Source: the human T2T-CHM13v2.0 reference genome, Homo sapiens | Reading direction: 5' to 3' (one strand) | DNA: 64,000 nt | NCBI RefSeq assembly: GCF_009914755.1 | Contig: NC_060926.1 | Shown here: in pieces, positions 47,838 through 64,000 of the stretch | How the letters are laid out: the number at the start of each line of letters is the position of its first letter | Position numbering within the stretch: position 1 is the stretch's first letter | The notes under the pieces: model-generated | Told to the model about the DNA's origin: nothing | What the model saw: the letters and a program-made list of their open reading frames with translations, nothing else | The model's database searches: none | Program-made: the position numbers and the translations under genes

Positions 47838-48589
47838 GGAAGATGGGAAAAAGAAAACAGAGGAACAAAAAAGAGAGAAAACAAAGAGAAAAAAAAATAA
47901 AGCAGTGGACTAAAGGCTTGAGGCTCCTCTACAGTGTCTGCCCACTTCTGAATGCTCTGCAGTGCCTTCAGGTAGTTGCTTTTTATTTTGCCCAGAGTTT
48001 ACAGTTGCTATCTCTGGGCAGGTTGGTCCAAGAGATGCTGACTCAGCCATTACTGGAAGTGGTGTCTTATTAGTTAGTTTTAGCAACAATGCTTTTTATT
48101 CATAACTAGGTTTAGATTTATTAAAGAAGCACTCTTCCATAAACAGCATGCATATCTGTGCAGCTACTAAATATGTTCCATAACTTTCAATTTGGAAATT
48201 TGACATAAATTTGTTTCATGAAGTACATTTCATTATTCTGATATATTATTCAAAATAAAATTCCATTTTTTTATGTTCTTATATATGAGAACAAGGAGAG
48301 GTACAGGAAAAAATATCAAACCAGGTAGTGTGATGCCTCCAGCTTTGTTCTTTTTGCTTAGGATAATCTTGCTATGCAGGCTCTATGTACGAAAAAGAAA
48401 GCAATTCAGCTCTTCTTGGTCATGGAGGACACCTACTGACTCATTTGTGGCAGTGATTTTGTGCAAAATGTATTACAGAAGTGAGGGAGGATCACTATCA
48501 TAACATAAGTTCATTTATCCCAAGTTCAGATGAAATAAAGGCACTTTCTTCATGCTGGGTGTTAGCAGTATACTCAGCATGAGCAAAAC

Positions 48590-49596
48590 CAAGCCCACGT
48601 CAACTCCTCCAAACCTAATCTTCTTCCAATATTCCCCATCCTACTGAATGTTGCCACCATCCATCCAGATGTGGAAGTCAGAGACTTGGTGTCATGCTTA
48701 TACCCCCCTCCCCCTCCCCACTCCATATCCAATCCATCACCAAATTTTGTTGATTTTTACTCCCAAATATCTTTATCCACATCTCTCATCTTCACCTCCA
48801 CTTCTCTAAGTTATCACCACCTCTCATCCACTCTTCGAAAGTACTTACTGTGTTCTTTCTATGTATAACATCATTTTGATAACTTCCCTTACATTAACTC
48901 ATTTAATCTCACATTGACCATTATCAGCTCAAGCAGCACTGCCTTCTCAGGAAGGAGCTTTGACTGCTGATTTGAGAATTCTTTTCTAATGTAAGCATCT
49001 AGTGCTATAAATGTCCCTGTAAGCAATGCTTTAGCTAACATCCCACAAATTATGATATGTTGCATTTTCATTTTTTGTTCAGTTCAAAATATTTTCTAAT
49101 TTCCCTTCAAATTTCCTTTTAACCCTTCAGTTATTTAGAAGTTTTTAAATTTCCAAGTATTTAAGTGTTTTTCCATTTATTTTTCTATTACTGATTTCTA
49201 ATTTAATTCCATGTAATCAAGGACCATATATTGTATGATTCCAATTCTTTTAAATGTATCTAGGTTTGTTTTCTGACCCAGGACGGGCTATCTTGGTGAC
49301 TATTCCATATGTACTTAAGAGAATGTATATTTTACTATTTTGAGGTGAAGTGCTATGTGAATATCAATCTAATTTAGTTTGTTAACATGTTATACAGTTC
49401 TCTTACATCCTTACTAATTTTCTGTCTGCTTGTCTTATATTACTGAGAGAGAAGTGTTAAACTCTCCAACTATAATGGAGGCACCAACTACAATTGTGGG
49501 TTTGTGGGTTTCTCTTTTCAGTTCTAACCATTTTTATTTCATATATGTTAAATTTCAGATGTTAGGTATGTGCCCACTTAGAATTCTTATGTCTTC
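48590..49596 (-). mobile_element. Old L2 fragment (about 48590-48860) and L1M ORF2 fragment (about 48975-49596)
   Basis: L2-type 'ccaccatccatccag...atccaatccatcaccaa'; L1 peptide 'KALLTGTFIALDAYIRK' in ORF 48889..49071. Confidence 0.65.
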
Positions 49597-51064
49597 TTTT
49601 TAAAATTTTTTTTAAATTGTACTTTAAATTCTGGGATACATGTGCAGAATGTGCAGGTTTGTTACACAGGTATACACGTGCCAGGTGGTTTGCTGCACCT
49701 ATCCACCCATCATCTACATTAGGTATTTCTACTGATCCTATGCCTCTGCTAACCCCCCACCCCCCCATCCCCCGACAGGCCCAGTTTGTGATGTTCCCCT
49801 CCCTGTGTCCATGTGTTCTCATTGTTCAACTCCCACTTACGAGTGAGAACATGCGGTGTTTGGTTTTCTGTTTTTGTGTTAGTTTGCTGAGAATGATGGT
49901 TTCCAGCTTCATCCATGTCCCTGCAAAGGACATGAACTCATCCTTTTTTATGGCTGCATAGTATTCCATGGTGTATATGTGCCACATTTTCTTTATCCAT
50001 ATCCAGTCTATCATTGATGAATATTTGGGTTGGTTCCAAGTCTTTGCTATTGTGAATAGTGCCACAATAAACATATGTGTGCATGTGTTTATAGTAGAAT
50101 GATTTATAATCCTTTGGGCATATACCCGGTAATGGGATTGCTGGCTCAAATGGTATTTCTGGTTCTAGATCCTTGAGGAATAGCCACACTGTCTTCCACA
50201 ATGGTTGAACTAATTTACACTCCCACCAACAGTGTAAAAGCATTCCTATTTCTCCACATCCTCACCAGCATCTGTTGTTTCCTGACTTTTTAACGATTGC
50301 CATTCTAACTGGCGTGAGATGGTATCTCATTGTGGTTTTGATTCGCATTTCTCTAATGATCAGTGATGATGAGCTTTTTTTCATATATTTGTTAGCTGCA
50401 TAAATGTCTTCTTTTGAGAAGTGTCTGTTCATATCCTTCACCCACTTTTTGATGGGGTTGTTTTTTTCTTGAAAAGTTGTTTAAGTTCTTTGTAGATTCT
50501 GGGTATTAGCCCTTTGTCAGATGGATAGAGTGTAAAAATTGTCTCCCATTCTGTAGGTTGCCTGTTCACTTTGATGAGTTTCTTTTGCTGTGCAGAAGCT
50601 CTTTAGTTTAATTAGGTCCCATTTGTCAATTTTGGCTTTTGTTGTCATTGCTTTCGGTGTTTTAGACATGAAGTCTTTGCCCGTGCCTATGTCCTGAATG
50701 GTATTGCCTAGGTTTTCTTCTAGGATTTTTATGGTTGTAGGTCTTACGTTTAAGTCTTTAATCCATCTTGGGTTAATTTTTGTATAAGGTGTAAGGAAGG
50801 GGTTCAGTTTCATTTTTCTGCATATGGCTAGCCAGTTTTCCCAACACCATTATTAAATAGGTAATCTTTTCCCCATTGATTGTTTTTTGTCAGGTTTGTC
50901 AAAGATCAGATGATTGTAGATGTGTGGTGTTACCTCTGAGGCCTCTGTTCTGTTCCATTGGTCTATATATCTGTTTTGGTACCAGTACCATGCTGTTTTG
51001 GTTACTGTAACCTTGTAGTATAGTTTGAAGTCAGGTAGCGTGATGCCTCCAGCTTTGTTCTTTT
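49597..51064 (-). mobile_element. L1PA 3' portion (about 1.47 kb), ending abruptly with no clear TSD
   Basis: ORF2 C-terminal peptides (50517..50813, 49826..50149) and 3'UTR. Confidence 0.92.
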
Positions 51065-51949
51065 AATATATGTGCTTAATTTACATTTAATGAAATTATT
51101 CACATGGTTGCAATTATTCACATGGTATGAAGTCAGGCAGTTGGTGTGTCAGTGGCTTCACCCCAGGAAACCACCCCTCAGCCCCATGCGCATGGCTGCA
51201 GAGTGCCCAGTGCCACCGTCCATGCTCCAGGCAAGGGTGGAGTAGGAGTGGACTCTTAAGCCAGGTTGGCAGTACACTCAGCCACCCAGAGGCCATCCCA
51301 GGGGAGCCCTGCTAGCCTGCTCTTGCACCTATAGTGCAGCTGCCACCTGCATGTCTCCCTTGGGCTGCAGTGGCCAGGCAACCACCATCTGCCCACCCCT
51401 TCCCCCAACCAGGACCCTAACTGCGGACTCTGGCACCAGACACTGCCACCGCTGTCAACCAGGCCCTGCAGAGGCAGGAAAGCTGAACTGGCTGCTGATC
51501 CCCTTCTGGTTGGCCAGCAGTACCCACGCCTGTGGCCCCTGGACTCCTAGTGCGGGCTAAGGTGTAGTGGACCCTCGGGCTTGGCCACGGCACAATGGGC
51601 CACCTGGACAGCATCCAAAAGAGAAGACCTACCAGCCCGTGCCAGCGCCCTAGGTGCAGCTGCCACCTGCACGTCAGGCACCAGCAGCAATGGCCAGACC
51701 ATCCCTGATTCTCCACGCCCTCCCCACCACTGCCCCAGCAGCAAGGACTCCCTGACAGGACACTGCGGTAGTGGCTGTCGGGAAGTCGGCTGAGTAGGTG
51801 CATAAGGATAAAGATAGACTCTCAGCCCCATCCCGATGGCCACGACGACATGCTCATCCCCTGGCGGCTCCTCAGCCCTATCCTAGTGGCCACGGAGTGG
51901 CATGCAGGCAGCAGCCATAGGAACCCCGATTGCCCCTCCTCACACGTGC

Positions 51950-53329
<1,380 letters not shown>

Positions 53330-53330
<1 letters not shown>

Positions 53331-53630
53331 GGGGGCTAGGGGGTGCCTGGCTGGGGTGGGAGTGAGTGGAACGGGGCCTGGGGAGTGGGGGTATATGGGG
53401 TGGCGGGGTGTGGAGTGAGTTGGGGGATGGGAGTGGGGAGTAGGGGGTGCATGGGGTGGGGGTGTGAATGGGCTGAGGTGGATGGAATGAAGGCTTGGGG
53501 GGTAGGGGTGTGGACAGTGTGGGGTGGGGAGATGGGGTGAGGGTTCAGTGGGATAGGGGACTGGAGGTGGGGGTGAGGTGTAGGGGTGAATGGGGTGGGG
53601 GAAAGGGGTGCAGAGGTGAGGGGGGCGAGT
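53330..53630 (+). repeat. G-rich low-complexity tract (many GGG/GGGG runs) at the start of intron 1
   Basis: Directly visible. Confidence 0.85.
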
Positions 53631-54349
53631 CCTGTCACCAAAGGGGCTGGACTTTCTTTCCTGGCAGGCTCAGCCGCACCTGGGATGTGGAAACCTTGGC
53701 GGGGGTGAGCACCCAGGCCATTTTCACTAGCAGCAAAACAAAAACAAAACTTCAGCTGGTTTCCAATCACTCACCATGCTTCTTCTTTATAAATCATTTT
53801 AAAGTGATTTCGCCAATAAAATTCAGCATGTACAGCGTTTTATTTTTAATGTACACATTTTAAAGCATAATGTTACATACATTATGGAAAGTTGCATAAT
53901 GAGAGAAATCATTTCCATAATATATCAACTCCCTGACTAAAAATTCTTTGGATAAAAATGCAATATTTATTTGATATCAATGGACACCTATGTCAATGTG
54001 GTTTTCACTGAGGGACCTTAGAGGGAAACTTTGAAGTGGGAAGATGGTCTGTGTTCTTGAATAGAAAGACACATTTTTCTAAAATTCTGAGCTCTTTCTG
54101 TGTTTATAAATTTTACATAATCCCAATAAAGTTATTAAAGTGTTAACATTTTTGAATTACTCATGCTGTCTTTTACTATTGTGATGACATTAAGAAAACT
54201 TTTGAAATGGAGTCAAAAAAGACTTGCCTTTCTAGATATGAAAATGTGCTGTTAATTTCCACAAGGTATTTACTAACAGCTGAAACAACAAATCAGTGAA
54301 CGGAACAGGTTAGAAAATCCAGGAACACACCAATATGTGTAAGAATTTA

Positions 54350-54432
54350 TTAGGTTGGTGCAAAAGCAATTGTGGTTTTTGCCACAATTACAAGGAATGG
54401 CAAAAACCGCAATTGCTTTTGCACCAATCTAA
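54350..54432. mobile_element. MADE1 mariner-derived MITE (palindromic)
   Basis: TTAGGTTGGTGCAAAAGCAATTG...CAATTGCTTTTGCACCAATCTAA; TA duplications on both sides. Confidence 0.93.
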
Positions 54433-55539
54433 TAGAATTGGATAATGGTGACATTTCATATTAGTAGGAAAAGATGAATTACTCATAAATGAAGTGCCTG
54501 CTAACTACTTGGATAAATCTGGCTAGATTTTTATGTCACAGAAATAAGTTCGTTATGGAATGTAGATTAAAAATTTTAAATGCACAAAATAAGAAAGATA
54601 ACAGAAAAAAACACAAATGCCTACTTATACATGTTTATATTCCTACAAATATCACAAGCACACATTCTGAAGGTTGATTTAGCAAAATAAAAAAAATTCA
54701 GTTTATAAGAAAAAATTAACAAAAGACAATATGTGTATATACATATTAGATAAAAAAGTGATTTTCATTTTACAGAGAATTCTTCAAATAAACAAGAACT
54801 CTCATTTAAAATAGAGCAAAGCATTTTTTTTTCAGATATTCAAGCAACCTATGCACATAGGAAAAAATATTTAGTGTTCCTGGGAGGAGAAGGTATTTAA
54901 GTTAAAAAAGGAATGAAATACTGTTTTCTATCCACAAGTTTGTGAGGGTAAAGAGTAGCAGTACATATACTGCTGTTTAAAGTTTACGTTTCTGATGACT
55001 TTTCAAATAGTCACTTTGTTGGTAAGTATCACACTTTAAAAATGTATGTGCCCTTCACCCATCAATTCCATTATACTAAAATATCTCTAGGAAATAGAGA
55101 TACATGCAATTTTTTTTCTCAGCACTGCTTAAAATAGCAATGTATTTGGAAAACCCCTTATAATGGATTTTATAAATTTTATAAATCTATCAATAAATTT
55201 CAGTGCATCCATAGGATGGAACAATATGGGACCTTTGCAGATGTCAGTAGATACAGATGTATGTTGAGGTGTGAAGATGTACTTTGAAAAAAAGTTGGTT
55301 TGATTATACATACACACAAACAGTCTATGGTGTTTGTAAGCCAAATATGTGTACAAAATATAACATTTCTTCTTTTCTGGCAGGTGTATTGTGTTATTTT
55401 TTCTTATCTGTGATGTATAAATGATCAGTATGTTTAAAACTTCTAGTAAATGTTTTTTTATTAATGAAATTATGCTTGGGAAAAGAAGAAATGTAAATCT
55501 TGCAAAGAAAAAATAATTCTTACTTCCTATTTTATTTTA

Positions 55540-55886
<347 letters not shown>

Positions 55887-57689
55887 TGAACTTTTAGCCT
55901 CTTCAGAGGCAGAGGGAATATTTTTATTTGTGCTTGATTATTTTATTATGCATAGATTTTAGTATATAAATAGGTTTTTATTATAGTTTTATTACATATA
56001 TGCAAACAATTTTAAATTATTTTAGTTTATCAGTGTCCTCATGAAAATGAAAACGAGCAAATATAAGTGATTATCACTATTCTAAAAGCACTGCTTTAAT
56101 TTATAGTTTTTTTCATAATAAACTCCCCAACTGTATGTATGCATTCTTTCAATCCAGTTATTCATCAAGCATAACCTGAATACCTATTATGTAGCAGACA
56201 CATTCCACCATCTCTCAGGACTCTTCCACCCTTAACAACTTCATGTTTACCTGCCCAGCGTGAGCAAGCTGAGAGATTTAAAATGGAAGCATTAGGACTG
56301 AATCCCAATTGGATCTTTTATTCCTTTTTTTTAAACAAAAGCAATTCTGAAGTTAGAAAATAGTAAAAGATAACCTTCAACTGCCATTTCAAAAACTTAT
56401 GACAGTCTCAAATATTACTATTAATCATTGCAAATACCTAATTTACATAACATTCTGTAAGTATTGAAAAAAATGAGCCATACCTATTCATTTGAATCCT
56501 GAGTTTTCTTTGGATTATTTTTTTTTTTGAAAATTGAAGTAAGAATTACTTTGTTTTAAAAATTTGTTGTTTTATTTTTGCCTTCTTTTTCCACAGTACT
56601 TTATTTATGTGCCAATTATATGAGTAGAACTGCCTGTTCTATGTATTGTATCCCACTTAATGTAAGGCATCACGGATTGTGTGATGCCACATTACTTTAT
56701 ATATCAATAAGATAACGTTTAAAATGTTGCCAGTTATAATTGTAATAAATAATGAATTGTAAACAGTATTCCAATGTCAGGAGATGTTAATATATAAGAG
56801 AACAGTAGCTTATATAAGAGAATAGTGAGAAAATGAGCATCTGAGAATGACTGAAATACAATGATACATCTAATCTTTAATAGATACCTCAATGTAGATA
56901 TGATTGTATCATTTTACTTAATTAAAATGTCTTTGTAAGTAGTAATATCTAAAAATTATTGAGCTGTTATGTTAGAAAGTGTTCTAAATGCTGTACATAG
57001 ATTCTCATGTAAGCATCACAACAGTGTTCTGTGGGATAGCTACTATTCTCTTATATATTTTATTGATAAAGAAATTGAAGCAAAGAAAGGCTAAATAACA
57101 GCCTTAAACATGTTTACTTTGATCTAACTCATCTGCTTATGGCTGGATCCTCATTACGTGAAGGAAACATTTACATTCTAGCATAACCCTTATTTTGCGG
57201 TTTGGCCTGTTTCTCCCATTTTATCTCTTCACCCCACTTTCTCTGTCTGTGTCCAAGTTTTACCACGTTATTGTGGTATGTCTTATTGGCTATGCTGTTT
57301 CATGCTTTATTTTTTTGCACATGCTGCCCTCACCAGAAACACCTCACACTCTTACTCTTCACTTGTCTGTTTTAAAAATAGAACCCTAAATTTGCGGTGT
57401 CTCAGAAGCTTCCCAAGTAGGAATAATTGTTATTGCCTTTGTGCTGTCACTGTATTTTATTGACTTGAATTGCAGAAATAATGAATTGTGTCTTTCTGCT
57501 TTTGTTTTTATAAATTGCTTTTTTCACTTGATAAATAAAATTCATATTTTATCATATTATCAGATTTTCCAGGATAGACCTTATGAATTTATAGACACAG
57601 AAAATGTTTCTTGAATTACTGACTGATTGAGTAGTAAATATAACATTTTCTGAAGATTTCTTTTTGTTGTTTTTTTTTTTTTTAAATAG

Positions 57690-57725
57690 GAAAAGCACTA
57701 CCAGCAACTGGACAAAAAGCAAATG
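57690..57725 (+). pseudogene. ANKRD36BP2: Exon GKALPATGQKAN (36 nt)
   Basis: Strong poly-T acceptor aaatag|GA; donor ATG|gtattg; peptide matches the recalled ANKRD36 mid-region. Confidence 0.8.
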
Positions 57726-58585
57726 GTATTGGTATTATAAAAAGTGCTCCATGAGAGCAATCAAATAATGATAATGCTATTTTTTGTGTACAAAAAAAAG
57801 GTGGTGAGGTAGTGAATATAGCTGAATAATTTTCTATGCTTTAATAAAATTTTTGAAAATAAATATAACTAATTTAAATATAATTTAAAATAAATTTGAA
57901 ATTAAATTAATTGTTAAATTACATTAAATTATAAGCCTAATTTTAATTAAATTATACACCTAATTTTAATTAAATTATACATATAATTTATTAATTTTTA
58001 ATAGTAAATATAATTTAATTTAAACATTTTTTCTTAAAACTTTGATGAACATTTAAACTTGTAGATCAAAATATAATATTCATTGTTGAGAAATGGACAT
58101 TAGATTTACAAAAAAATGTGAGGCGGGATGGTGTAAATTAAGAAAGTAGCTGGCTAGGTAATTTGGAGGTTTCTGATGAGGAAACTTGAGGGAACTCACT
58201 TTATGTAGACTCAGTATATTCCCACTCAAAAAGAAGATTAAATTATTGCTGCTTTGGAGCTTACTGGAAGCAGAGGGTAGAAGAACAGCAGGAAACCACA
58301 GGAACTCATTTCTTCTCTCTATAGGGGTTACACATCAATCATATGTGCTTCATTCATGTTTGTTAGTTAACTGGGATGCACTTGGATATCAAAACATTGG
58401 CGGTTTTCTTTAAAAAAATGCTGTTTTTGATGAAATAGCCATTGTATAAAGGTACCTCAGAGGCTGCTATGCTATACCATATCAAACTGACTTTAGAAAA
58501 AACAAACGAGAAATTTATTTCTTGAATACTAAAAGTGTAACTGTCAATAATCATGGCAAAGATTTTGATATGTAAAAGTTGATTA

Positions 58586-58922
<337 letters not shown>

Positions 58923-59157
58923 TTACATTTTGTAAATGAAAATCTGAATACTCATTAGTTATTCGATGTGTAATGCATACTTTTTTGCATAAGTGAATGA
59001 AAAGATGGCAAGAGAACTAAAGTTGAGAATCCAGAAGTTGAAAATATCAGAAGTCTTCATGACTGTGGATAACATGAGTATTTTTAGAAACGATTTTTCT
59101 CCAAGTAGATATCTAAAGTAATGATTGAGAGCACTTTCTGCCAGCAGAAGCGAATGA

Positions 59158-59473
<316 letters not shown>

Positions 59474-59881
59474 GTGAATGATACATTTTCATGCACTCTC
59501 ATTGCAACTTCATAGTTTCTAACATTTATTCTTCTGGGGTCCGATTTGGTTCTCTCATTTGACATCACTTTTTTTGGCTTCATCCAGCAGATTCACATTG
59601 GTAGAAATACTTTTCTATGCTACTTGTAGTCATGTGAAACCTAATCTCACCCTTGCAATCTGAACTGCATGTTTTATAGAATCTATATTGTGATTTTTCA
59701 TGTGTATATTCCTGTCATGTTTGTGTGCTAACCAAAACAAGAGCAAAGCAACCCAAAGCCTAATGGGTAACAATTTCAAGGGCAAGCACGAAGATTTCAG
59801 CTGGATACAAACACTGCATGATTGATGGTAGGCTGTGTCATATTTACCTGTAGTCAATTATGTGTTCCTTTTGCTTTGTAG

Positions 59882-60094
<213 letters not shown>

Positions 60095-62524
60095 TAGAAA
60101 ATGTAGATGAAAATATTGAAAATGCTCATGTTTTTTGATTCCCACTTTTTTTCCAAATGAGATGGAAGGATTTGATGTAAATATGCTGATGTTCTTGTTA
60201 ATATCTTTGTTTATAAAATGATATTTAAGGCATAAGGCAGACATTTTACACCTTAAGCTCTAGCCCAAATGCTTTTCCTTTAAAGTTGTCATCATCTAAA
60301 GATCCCAGTTTTGAATTCCTGTGCATGTTAGGGATTTGAGGAGGTGTATTTTGACACTAAATATTTTCAGTGCTTCAAAATTGATTGCAATATTCTTCTC
60401 TCTTCTTCATCTAGAGAAAAGCTATACCTGCTGACGTTACAATTGTTTTAGAACTTCAACTCCTTTATGTCAGTGTTGTTACATTGAGAATCTTTACTTA
60501 ATCACATCTTCTGATTACCAGATTGAGTTTCTGCATGTGTGTGTGTATCTCTGATTAAAAATGAATAAAATGATTAATCATTCTTTTGTAACTCTTTGGT
60601 AGATACAGTGTTTTAAAACAATGATTCTGAGCTGTTTTGGCCTTAGAATATTTTCTTCTACTACAATTTATTGCCTACAGGTAACCAACAGCCTGAATTA
60701 ACGTTTTTTCTTTTAAATCACTGCAATGCACATTAAAAATACTTTACAAGATACTTGCACTTTCATAGGTAATGTGTAGAATCTGTTTCCAAGTATCAAG
60801 TCTTCTATACGATTTCACACAGTGTACATAATAGCTGCAACTCGGCTTTTCTAATCAGTGGTATATATTTCAGATCTATTCAGGTTGACACAATTTGGTC
60901 ATCTTTGATTTGTTGTGTGGTCTTGTGGTATGCCATTTTATGACTGCACCACAATTAATTAAAGTCTCTTCATGCTGATACAAAATGAACATAAATACGA
61001 TGACATACCAACATAGATTTGCTTATGTGGTTGCGTTTATTGATTTGTACTATATAAGAAATTAAATAGAAGTATTTCAGATACCCTGAATATAGCTATG
61101 TACACTGCCATAGCTGTATTGACTATATTCATTACTCCTTAGAGCCATGTTTTTCCATCATGTTATGACTCTGAAAAACCCCAGAGTATGCTTTTCAGAG
61201 AATGACATTGGAAAGAAGAAATGGCCAAAGTATCATTTGGTACCTTGGCTTCCTTACATAGATGTTGAACTCCAGGAATGATCAAATCACAGTTTTAGAA
61301 CCCCTTTGTTGGGCCCTATAAAGGGTTTCCGAATGTCAAATGATAAATAGTCTCCAGATGAAGAAATCCTCTGTAACGCCTCACTGCTGTGTTTTCTTGC
61401 ATTTTGTCCTTTTCTGAAAACTTTAAATACACGATTTTTGGGTAGAAATGAAAATCTTTCTGTTTTATATATTTGTTTCTGTCTCATGGCACTCTGATCT
61501 CTTTGAATCTGGTAAGGATCTAGCCTTGTCTTATTTATACCAGCAAGCAGTGTTGTCACTTAATGCTCTCATTTTTCACGTAAATGACTGACATTTTCCC
61601 AAGTCTTCACAAGTGATTTCTGAAGATGTTGCTGCATTGAGCAGAGACTATGTCATTGTAATTGCAGAAGTTTTTAAATTAAATATGTTTAATAAAATTT
61701 TAGAGCCTGTTTCTCTGGAACACATAACACATAATTGTGTAATGTGTATTTAACCATAAATTAGCTTCATAAAAAGTTTGTGTACATAAAAGTGTTTATA
61801 TCCAAAGAAATTCTTATTTACTGCTCAGTAACCTCTCATGTAGAAGAAAATACGTAACATAGTTTGCTGAGTCTTTGATAATAACCCCTAGTGTAAAATA
61901 AAGCCATAAAGATAAAATGAGAGTTGATATTCAATGAAACTGATGTGAGTGAATAGAAACTATGAAACAGTGTGTCTATGGGAGAGAGGAGGACATGGGG
62001 CTGCTATTGTGAAGAAGGAATTTGTACAAGTTAGTCCATTTTCTGTAACTTTTATATTCTAATAAAGGAAAACCATATCTTCATATTTATAAAAACAAGA
62101 TTTTACTGGTTTAATCACAGGGGTGGTGAGAATAATGAAGAACAAAATGTGGAAGGCAAAGAATGAAGACCGGATAGTGAGATTAGATTTATCAACAAAA
62201 AAGAGTGCAAGTGGGGTGGGATGGTGTAAATAAAGATAGCAGCTGGCTAGGTGTTTGGGGGTTTCTGATGAGGAAACCTGAGAAAACTCACTTTATGTGG
62301 ACCTGGTATATTCGCACTCGAACAGAATATTGGATTATTGTTGCTTCAGAGCTTACTGGAAGCAGAAGGTGGAAGAATGAGAGTCAACCACAGGGACTCA
62401 ATTCTTCTCTCTGTAGGGGTCACACATCGACAATAGGACAGGTGCTTCATGTTAGCAAAATGCGATGCACTGCATGTCAAACTGACTGTGGAAGCAAAAC
62501 AATCAAGAAATATATTTCTTAAGT

Positions 62525-62606
62525 ATTATTTATTTATTTATTTTTAAATTTTATTATTATTGTACTTTAAGTTTTAGGGTACATGTGCACAACGTGCAGG
62601 TTTGTT
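62525..62606 (-). mobile_element. Extremely truncated young L1PA 3' tip
   Basis: 'tactttaagttttagggtacatgtgcacaacgtgcaggtttgtt' plus (TTTA)n tail; absent from the paralogous unit near 58525. Confidence 0.85.
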
Positions 62607-63422
62607 AAAATGTAACTCAATAATCATGGCAAATATTTTTATATATAAAAGGTGATTAACATGAAGCCTCTGATGTTTCAAATATTTTGGTTAGATTTGT
62701 TTTATGGGAATCTAATTACACATTAGGTATTTGGAGTGTAATGTATACATTTTTTGCATAAGTGAATGAAGAGATGGCAGGAGGGCTAAAGTTGAGAATC
62801 CAGGAAATGGAAAAACACCAGAAGCCTGCATGACTGGACAACATGAGTATTTTTGTTAACTATGCTTCTGTATGTAGATATCTGAACTAATGAACTGAGA
62901 ATACATCCTTCAAGCAGAAGTGAATGATACATTTTAATGAAATTGATAGTTTTTAAGTTAGAGGACAAAATGAAGAACAGGAGAACTATTGTAGTATTAT
63001 AGTATAAATGGTTCTTGGGTGATTTCTTCAGGGTACACCATAGCGTTCTACCATGGGCTTTGACATATATCCTTCTGGGGTCCTATTTGGTCCTTTCGTC
63101 TGACATCACATTTTTTGGCTTCAGTTAAGAGGATCACATTGGTAGAAGTACTTTTCTGTGTTAGTTGTAGTCATGTGAAACCTAATCTCTCTCTTGAAAT
63201 CTGGACTACATGTTTTATGAAACCTATATTGTGATTTCCATGTGTATGTTCCTGCCATGTCTGTATGCTAACCAAAACAAGAGCAAAAGCAACCCAGAGC
63301 CTAATAGGTAACGGTTTCAAGACCAAGCATGAAGATTTCAGCTGGATACAAACACTACATAGTGGATGGTGGGCTGTGTCATATTTACGTGTACTTAATT
63401 ATGTGTCCCTTTTGCTTTGTAG

Positions 63423-63694
<272 letters not shown>

Positions 63695-64000
63695 TAGAAG
63701 GATTTGATCTAAATGATGCTGATGCTGTTGTTAGTGTCTGTGCTTATAAAATGATATTTAGAAGAATAAGGAAAAGAAATTTTAAAAATGTGAGCTCTAG
63801 CTCAGATGCTTTTCCTTTTAGGTTGTGATAAAGATCCCAATGTGGAATTTGTATGCATGTTAGGGGTTCAAGGAGGTGAATTTTGAAACTATAAATATTT
63901 TTCAGTGCTTCAATTTCTCGTTGCAATACTGTCCTTTACCTAGAGGAAAGCTATACCTGCTGACATTACAATTGTGTTAGAACTTTAACTTCTTTATGTC

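Noticed and set aside
57870-58030. AT-rich tract with a 23-bp tandem doublet (57936-57981)
   Set aside because: Ordinary low-complexity slippage; no further support.

Overview
Primate, most likely human, genomic DNA from the RPIA / ANKRD36BP2 region (chr2p11.2 by gene recognition). The + strand carries RPIA exons 4-9 (19355-37101; exon numbering from the known gene), all with canonical AG/GT sites and an intact frame, plus the 3'UTR with tandem poly(A) signals. The long intron in the first 19 kb is a nest of ERV1 elements. It includes a complete two-LTR MER4A1 provirus (PBS, PPT) inserted into an older LTR and itself hit by an L1 with a locally duplicated piece. Intron 8 holds a near full-length antisense L1PB. 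Downstream are a complete THE1 MaLR element, a complex junction with templated repeats (48.3-51.1 kb), a degenerate E-box-rich GC repeat and CpG island, and an ANKRD36-family pseudogene. That pseudogene has lost both ATGs, has an early stop, lacks the ankyrin exons, has a 1-nt frameshift, and shows a vestigial ANKRD26-like exon extension. I see no convincing new protein-coding system; the most interesting signals are structural and evolutionary. Repeat subfamily names and paralogue protein sequences are from recall and need database confirmation.
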